Source of the DNA: an uncultured delta proteobacterium
Lineage (GTDB): Bacteria > Bdellovibrionota > FAC87 > UBA2466
Reading direction: 5' to 3'
DNA length: 64,000 nucleotides
Assembly (NCBI GenBank): GCA_963778115.1
Contig: CAVZSV010000004.1
Location: forward strand, 1,408,001-1,472,000
Shown: piece by piece, positions 59,025 through 64,000 of the stretch
How the letters are laid out: each line of letters starts with the position of its first letter
Position numbering within the stretch: the first letter of the stretch is position 1
Made by a program: the position numbers and the translations under genes
The notes under the pieces: model-generated
Seen by the model: the letters and a program-made list of their open reading frames with translations, nothing else
The model's database searches: none
What the model was told of the DNA's origin: nothing

Positions 59025-59525
59025 TTACTGTTGGAGCCGAGCCCGCAAGTCCCCAAAGATACGAAGATACTGATCTTGGCGAAACAGGTGTCTCTCAAAA
59101 CCGACTAACATGAGTGCCTTTTCCGCATGAAAGACAAATTCCTTATCTCCTTTAGTCACTGCACGTGATTCCATGTTCTCTAAGCCCATTCGAATTCGCA
59201 AATAAGTACTTTGCAGATCGGATAGTGACCAGGAGTCTTTTAGTAACTGCGTGAAGGCTACGTACATGGCGCCCTCCGCGAGAAAAGGTTTTGAATCGGA
59301 AACTCTTTTTGATCGCTCGCTCTGAAAGGAGGCGTCCTGTTCGTTGGAAAGGGGAGAGGCAATTTGATAAAGGCGACCAAAGAATTGCCCTTGAGTGGTA
59401 GAACCGGTGGTGGAATGGCCTGGACTGGCGTCCGGCACCCCCGAAAAGTGGTCAAAGCTAGTACAAAAAGCGGAAAGCCCTCCGAAAAGAAGCACAATCC
59501 CCACACAGCGTCTGCTAATTCTCAC
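59025..59525 (-). CDS. Secreted hypothetical protein
   Basis: Hydrophobic N-terminus; upstream sigma54 motif. Confidence 0.5.
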   Translation of the reverse strand: MRISRRCVGIVLLFGGLSAFCTSFDHFSGVPDASPGHSTTGSTTQGQFFGRLYQIASPLSNEQDASFQSERSKRVSDSKPFLAEGAMYVAFTQLLKDSWSLSDLQSTYLRIRMGLENMESRAVTKGDKEFVFHAEKALMLVGFERHLFRQDQYLRIFGDLRARLQQ

Positions 59526-59562
59526 GTCTTACCTTCCCGACATTGAATGATGCTGTTTATGA

Positions 59563-59578
59563 AGCAAGTCACGAGCCA
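59563..59578 (-). promoter_or_regulatory. sigma54 -24/-12 promoter motif
   Basis: Minus strand TGGCTCGTGACTTGCT. Confidence 0.65.
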
Positions 59579-59989
59579 ACAAAGCTCATCTTTGCCCTCC
59601 CGAGGAATACTATGTTTGTTCGTGAGTTAAGAGGATTCTCCGAGAGGCCGCATTCTTATCGAATTCGCCGAACCAAAAGACGATCGAAACAGATTAAACA
59701 ACGCTAGGGCCCTTTCTCTTAAAAGTTGCGATCAAACCATATCGGTAGTTTAGCCATGCCCCATAGCACCCATGACTACCGACACCACGGGTCTGGGAAT
59801 TTGGGTTCTATTACCGTTCTGAATTACCTGTCGCGCGGTCGCGCGACGGATAGATGGGTCTTTTCTTTTTTTGGGGTTTGGGGGCCTTACGGTCCTTTGA
59901 CGTGGAATGCGCAAAAGCATTTTTTTCTTTTCTCTCCACGCGCTTAACAGTCGTGAAGCGAAATCCGATACGTTTTAGGGGGAGAAAAA

Positions 59990-60370
59990 ATGGCTCGTAG
60001 ATGGATATTCTGGATCGCATTGCAGGGCGTCGCAGCGGGAGGGCTCTATTTTTATTTAGTCCCTGTTACTACCGATCTCATAATGGTCAGACCATCATCG
60101 TCCAGGCTACCTCCTAACGCTACGAAAGAGCAGATTATGGACGATGTGAGGCGACGAGAAATCGCCGAAAGCAGGCAAGCCATTTTCGAAAAATATAAGA
60201 TGATAATCAAAGAAAAGATGCAAACCATTATCGCGAGTCTAGTCCCTCGGGATTCGCCACCAGAGCAACCGGCCCCCACCAAAACTCCAGTGGCGCCGAT
60301 GACCCAAAAACTAAACGATGCGGTGAATACCCTGATGGAAGAAAAAATAAAACCGCCCCCTCAAGAGTGA
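59990..60370 (+). CDS. Membrane-anchored hypothetical protein
   Basis: GGGAG RBS and N-terminal TM segment. Confidence 0.55.
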   Translation: MARRWIFWIALQGVAAGGLYFYLVPVTTDLIMVRPSSSRLPPNATKEQIMDDVRRREIAESRQAIFEKYKMIIKEKMQTIIASLVPRDSPPEQPAPTKTPVAPMTQKLNDAVNTLMEEKIKPPPQE

Positions 60371-60408
60371 GGAGGCGGCTTTTGATTCGACAGGGGTTAT
60401 GGGGTTAT

Positions 60409-61665
60409 CTACTGCAAATATTCAATCTTAAATTCGGCTCTGCAACCATTGCTGACCCAAAGCGTATTCGTTGTAGGATCGACTCCCCACGAAGTTCCTT
60501 GGACGCAGGCGCTGTTGCTTTTCTGACAAGCCATGGTTACCGCAACGACAGAGTTAGGAAGAGAACAGGTCTCATTCTGTTTATTGTTACTGTCACATTC
60601 GATTTCGGTGGAAACAGGGGTCCCTACCGTAAAATTAACTCCGCAAGTGTTAGTGACTCCGCTGCTACTAATGACCGTCGCCGTCGCGGATCCCGAAGTG
60701 GAAGGAGCGATAATCGTATTGGGACCAACCACCGCACCCGGGACTGTGGCACCGTTTACCGTAAGTTGAACCGAAGCGGCCGGTCCGTTAATTACCGCAA
60801 GATCTAAAATCATCTGGCTTCCCTGAGCGAAAACGCTGGTTCCACTGCTTAAGGTCAAAGTACAGGTCGGAGCCACTCCACCACTGCCGGCGCCTTCAGT
60901 CTGAACCGTTACTACTGCGGCACAGGTCGCTGTCATCGACGGATTGGAAGCAGCAGCTACCGTGAATAAGATGGGATCCGTCCCCACCGCGGGAACCGCT
61001 GCTTGAATGGTCTGGGAGACCGCCGCAGGTAAGCTCGTAGGATTGGTGAGAGGAGAAAAATCTCCGTTCAAATTCTGAATACTCACAATCACGATAGGAA
61101 CTGACGAAACGACCGTGAAAGAATCTGTCGGCGGGTTCGAAAGGGGTTGTCCTGTCGTTGTCACAGGGACACTAAGGGAAGGCATCGCGGCGGTGGCCTG
61201 GCAGCTAATTCCGGTTCCCGTTCCACCCACGCTAAAAGGAGTGGAGGAGATGATGTTACTTGCGATGACTTGTCCAAGACTGTTCGTCGAACTGAGAGTC
61301 CCTGACTCCTCAACCTGGGTAGCGGCAGTAGTATAGGTTCTCTGATAAGTGGCAACTCCGTTAATCACAGCGACAGGTGACATCCCGGCAGGGGTGAAAG
61401 TTAGATTGGTGCAACCACCGGCGTAAAGTTGCCAAGTTACCGTGGCTCCGACGGGAATACTTCCCGAAGTAGCCGCACTGGTTAGAGAGCCTTGAAGAGT
61501 GCTAGTTCCACAGGTGCTGACAATTCCGTTATAGGCGCTGTTCGGAACGGTGCTGGCCATTTGCAATCCACCATTAGCACCACCCGCGCAATGGGAAAGT
61601 CCCAAAAGAGTGACAGCAATCATTAGGCCCTTAACGAATGAAGTGATTCCATGTTGGATCTTCAT
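60409..61665 (-). CDS. Ser/Thr-rich lipoprotein with Ig-like repeats and C-terminal DUF3011-like domain
   Basis: Lipobox LSHC; C-terminal CDS...C...QKSNSACVQGTSWG...LWVSNGCRAEF. Confidence 0.7.
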   Translation of the reverse strand: MKIQHGITSFVKGLMIAVTLLGLSHCAGGANGGLQMASTVPNSAYNGIVSTCGTSTLQGSLTSAATSGSIPVGATVTWQLYAGGCTNLTFTPAGMSPVAVINGVATYQRTYTTAATQVEESGTLSSTNSLGQVIASNIISSTPFSVGGTGTGISCQATAAMPSLSVPVTTTGQPLSNPPTDSFTVVSSVPIVIVSIQNLNGDFSPLTNPTSLPAAVSQTIQAAVPAVGTDPILFTVAAASNPSMTATCAAVVTVQTEGAGSGGVAPTCTLTLSSGTSVFAQGSQMILDLAVINGPAASVQLTVNGATVPGAVVGPNTIIAPSTSGSATATVISSSGVTNTCGVNFTVGTPVSTEIECDSNNKQNETCSLPNSVVAVTMACQKSNSACVQGTSWGVDPTTNTLWVSNGCRAEFKIEYLQ

Positions 61666-61780
61666 ATGCGATCTACCTCAGATTAATTTTTAACTTTTGG
61701 TCTCGTGGCGTCTAAGAAGTCTAATCTCTGGAGTGTATCTTCGAAGTCGGAAAATCAAAGCGTGTTGTATACCTGAAGGA

Positions 61781-61796
61781 TGCAAAAGCCTTGCCG
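61781..61796 (-). promoter_or_regulatory. sigma54 -24/-12 promoter motif
   Basis: Minus strand CGGCAAGGCTTTTGCA. Confidence 0.5.
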
Positions 61797-61976
61797 AGGC
61801 TTTTTGTGCTCAAAACCGAAGGCCCATTTCCTGGCATTTTGCATACTATTTGTAGACAGTGGAAGAAACGCTGCAAAAAGTAACTCAGTTTCAATGACTT
61901 AAGGTGTCCACTTTGAGTACACAGCTTTTCAAGCTGTCTGTTTACGATTCACCCGGTTTTCGAAACCAAAGGGAGA

Positions 61977-62720
61977 TTATCGGGGAGTCGACAGGTCATC
62001 GGTCTGGAGAAAAATGGCTTCGCCCTGCTGCCCCCATGCTGCTGCTTCCAGGGGATAGCGATCCGCGGAATTATCGGCGAGGGCATCGCGTGCGTGAAAC
62101 ATGGCCCCCACCTTATCTCCTTTCCTAAGGAGGAATTCAGCGTAAGACAGTCCATTCGCGGGATAGTGAGGAGCCCCGGCTAACGCCAATAGGTAATGCT
62201 CCCTAGCCTTCTTTGAAGATCCGATCGATATGAAGGAAGGCGCGTTATCATAAAGGTAGCCCAGAATGCGATCCGCCGCATATCCCTCGTACTCAGGGGC
62301 GATTTTTTTTAGTGAGAGGGCGGCCTTTTCCAGAGGTTTTATATACGTAAGCGCCACCAGTTTATTCTTTAGGGAAGCCAACTCCCCTTTGATCGCTATC
62401 CAATCATAGAGGGCGCCCGGATCGATGGGATTCTTGGTCCTAGCTTGCTCCGCCAAAATCAAAGCCCCTTCCAAAATCTTAAGGCGCTCAGACTCCAAAG
62501 GCGTGTACTTGGCCTTCCAGTAAAATAACCGCGCGCTACTAGTTGTTATTGGTTTACTTGGAATTTCGCATCCGGAATTCTGATGAACAATAGATCTAAG
62601 TTCGCGATCTATAAGTGCCACCGGAGGAGAGATGACAGAAGCGCTTTCCGGTGTCGTTGGAGCCGCCGCGGTAAAAGCAGAGAGTATGCCGGCTAAGACT
62701 ATCCCCCAGGTTCGGATCAT
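61977..62720 (-). CDS. Exported TPR protein (TatT-like)
   Basis: Signal peptide; ADRILGYLY..AP..ISIG..KAREHY. Confidence 0.6.
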   Translation of the reverse strand: MIRTWGIVLAGILSAFTAAAPTTPESASVISPPVALIDRELRSIVHQNSGCEIPSKPITTSSARLFYWKAKYTPLESERLKILEGALILAEQARTKNPIDPGALYDWIAIKGELASLKNKLVALTYIKPLEKAALSLKKIAPEYEGYAADRILGYLYDNAPSFISIGSSKKAREHYLLALAGAPHYPANGLSYAEFLLRKGDKVGAMFHARDALADNSADRYPLEAAAWGQQGEAIFLQTDDLSTPR

Positions 62721-62724
62721 GAGT

Positions 62725-63312
62725 TTAGTACAATCCCCTCAGTAGACTCTTGGCATCTTTGACTAGTAATTTCATCTGCGCATCGTCGAAAGCGTCGTAA
62801 TAACCTCGAATGGTATCGTCACTCACTAACGCCAAACGAGAGCTGTGAATGAGAGTGCCATCGACAACTTCGCTGGCGAGCTTAAAACTATCGACTACTA
62901 CCTTTTCCATCTCCCTGGGATCACCGGTCAGAAACACCCATCGCTCGGGACGAACATGATACTGGCCGACATACTTGGATAAGGCATCCACGGAATCGTG
63001 CGTGGGATCGACACTAAAACTGACTAACCGAATACTTTCTTTGGAATAGAGCTGTTTTTGCAACTCTTCCATGCGATGGGTGATTCGGGGACACTGTTCC
63101 CCGCAGCGAGTGAAAATAAAGCTGGCGATCCAAACCTTCTTATGGAGATCGTTTAGGGTGAAGTTATCGCCGTTCGAAGCGGTGAGCGAAAACGGCTCGA
63201 CCTTTCCCAAGGCTTTGAGCTCTCGCACTTCAAATCCATGGGTGAACCCCAAAAGGGCAACAGCCACCACCGGCATCGCAACCAAAGCCAAAATAAAATG
63301 CCATGCTTTCAC
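62725..63312 (-). CDS. SCO1/SenC family copper chaperone
   Basis: FIFTRCGEQCP (CxxxC), SVDP.HD, W.FLTG, IHS. The GTG start overlaps the upstream TGA. Confidence 0.9.
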   Translation of the reverse strand: MKAWHFILALVAMPVVAVALLGFTHGFEVRELKALGKVEPFSLTASNGDNFTLNDLHKKVWIASFIFTRCGEQCPRITHRMEELQKQLYSKESIRLVSFSVDPTHDSVDALSKYVGQYHVRPERWVFLTGDPREMEKVVVDSFKLASEVVDGTLIHSSRLALVSDDTIRGYYDAFDDAQMKLLVKDAKSLLRGLY

Positions 63313-63998
63313 GCCATCACCTCCTTGGCTCGCTGGGAAACGACCACGGTCGCTACCACATAAAATACCACTCCGAAAATGATCGTCAGCCCGAGACTCC
63401 ACTGCGAAGAGGGTAAACCAGGTAGGACCAGCGTTTGGTTTCCGGACAGAGCTGTTCGAAGTAGCGACACTCCGTAGGTTAGAGGATTAATCACCATCAC
63501 CGCTCTTAACCAAAAAGGCGCTCCCGCTAAGGGAAACAGAGCCCCTGAGAGTAACCACATCGGAAACAAGACCACATTCATGATGGCGTGAAACCCTTGA
63601 ACCGAATCCAAGGTCCAAGCAAAGACAAACCCAAGGGCTGTTAAAGATAGCCCCATTAGCGACATGGTAAGAATGGCCAAGCCAATTCCTGCGGGCGTGA
63701 GCGAAAACCCGACCAAAGGCGCCAGAGCTAAGAGAAGGATTCCCTGAATGAGTGCCAGAAGGGTTCCTCCAATGACCTTACTCGCCACTATTCCCGCGCG
63801 GGAGACGGGGGCCACGAGAACGGATTGCAAAAACCCCTCTTTTCTATCTTCGATGACGGAAATGGTAGAGAAGATCGCCGTAAAAAGAATCATCAGAGCC
63901 AAAGTCCCGGGGAAGAAATACTCCAAATAACCTGTATCCACTGGAGAGCCTGTGGCATGAAACGATTTTCCCAACCCAGATCCCAAGAGAAACCAAAA
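63309..63998 (-). CDS. ABC-2 type transporter permease, 5'-truncated by window edge
   Basis: YFFPG, EDRKEGFL..VLVAPVSR, LSGALFP, NPLTYGV. Confidence 0.9.
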   Translation of the reverse strand, partial: FWFLLGSGLGKSFHATGSPVDTGYLEYFFPGTLALMILFTAIFSTISVIEDRKEGFLQSVLVAPVSRAGIVASKVIGGTLLALIQGILLLALAPLVGFSLTPAGIGLAILTMSLMGLSLTALGFVFAWTLDSVQGFHAIMNVVLFPMWLLSGALFPLAGAPFWLRAVMVINPLTYGVSLLRTALSGNQTLVLPGLPSSQWSLGLTIIFGVVFYVVATVVVSQRAKEVMA

Positions 63999-64000
63999 AA

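Overview
Bacterial genomic window. Many secreted or lipoprotein hypotheticals, a TolC/RND pump and c-type cytochromes suggest a diderm, possibly Bdellovibrionota/deltaproteobacterium-like organism (inference only). Housekeeping-type genes (rapA, pheA, yaeQ, TIGR01777 epimerase, CLC-F fluoride exporter with fluoride riboswitch, CzcCBA-like RND pump, M20 amidohydrolase, SCO, ABC-2 permease) frame a ~16 kb accessory region (about 13.2-28.9 kb) that ends in a tyrosine integrase facing tRNA-Pro(GGG). In this region almost every cargo gene or module is bounded by members of a family of palindromic repeats with AAAGGT(G)...(C)ACCTTT ends. Matched direct pairs flank a papain-like protease, a HEPN gene and a CheR/CheB/hybrid-kinase module, and the repeats coincide with the truncation points of an MFS gene and of the integrase. 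This repeat-bounded cassette array is the main candidate for an undescribed system. Other signals: seven sigma54-type promoter motifs upstream of secreted-protein genes, a MauG-like peroxidase plus beta-helix/cytochrome c pair, five GT-C-type membrane proteins, a perfect 58-bp palindrome and several pseudogenes. All calls come from reading motifs by eye; no database searches were run.
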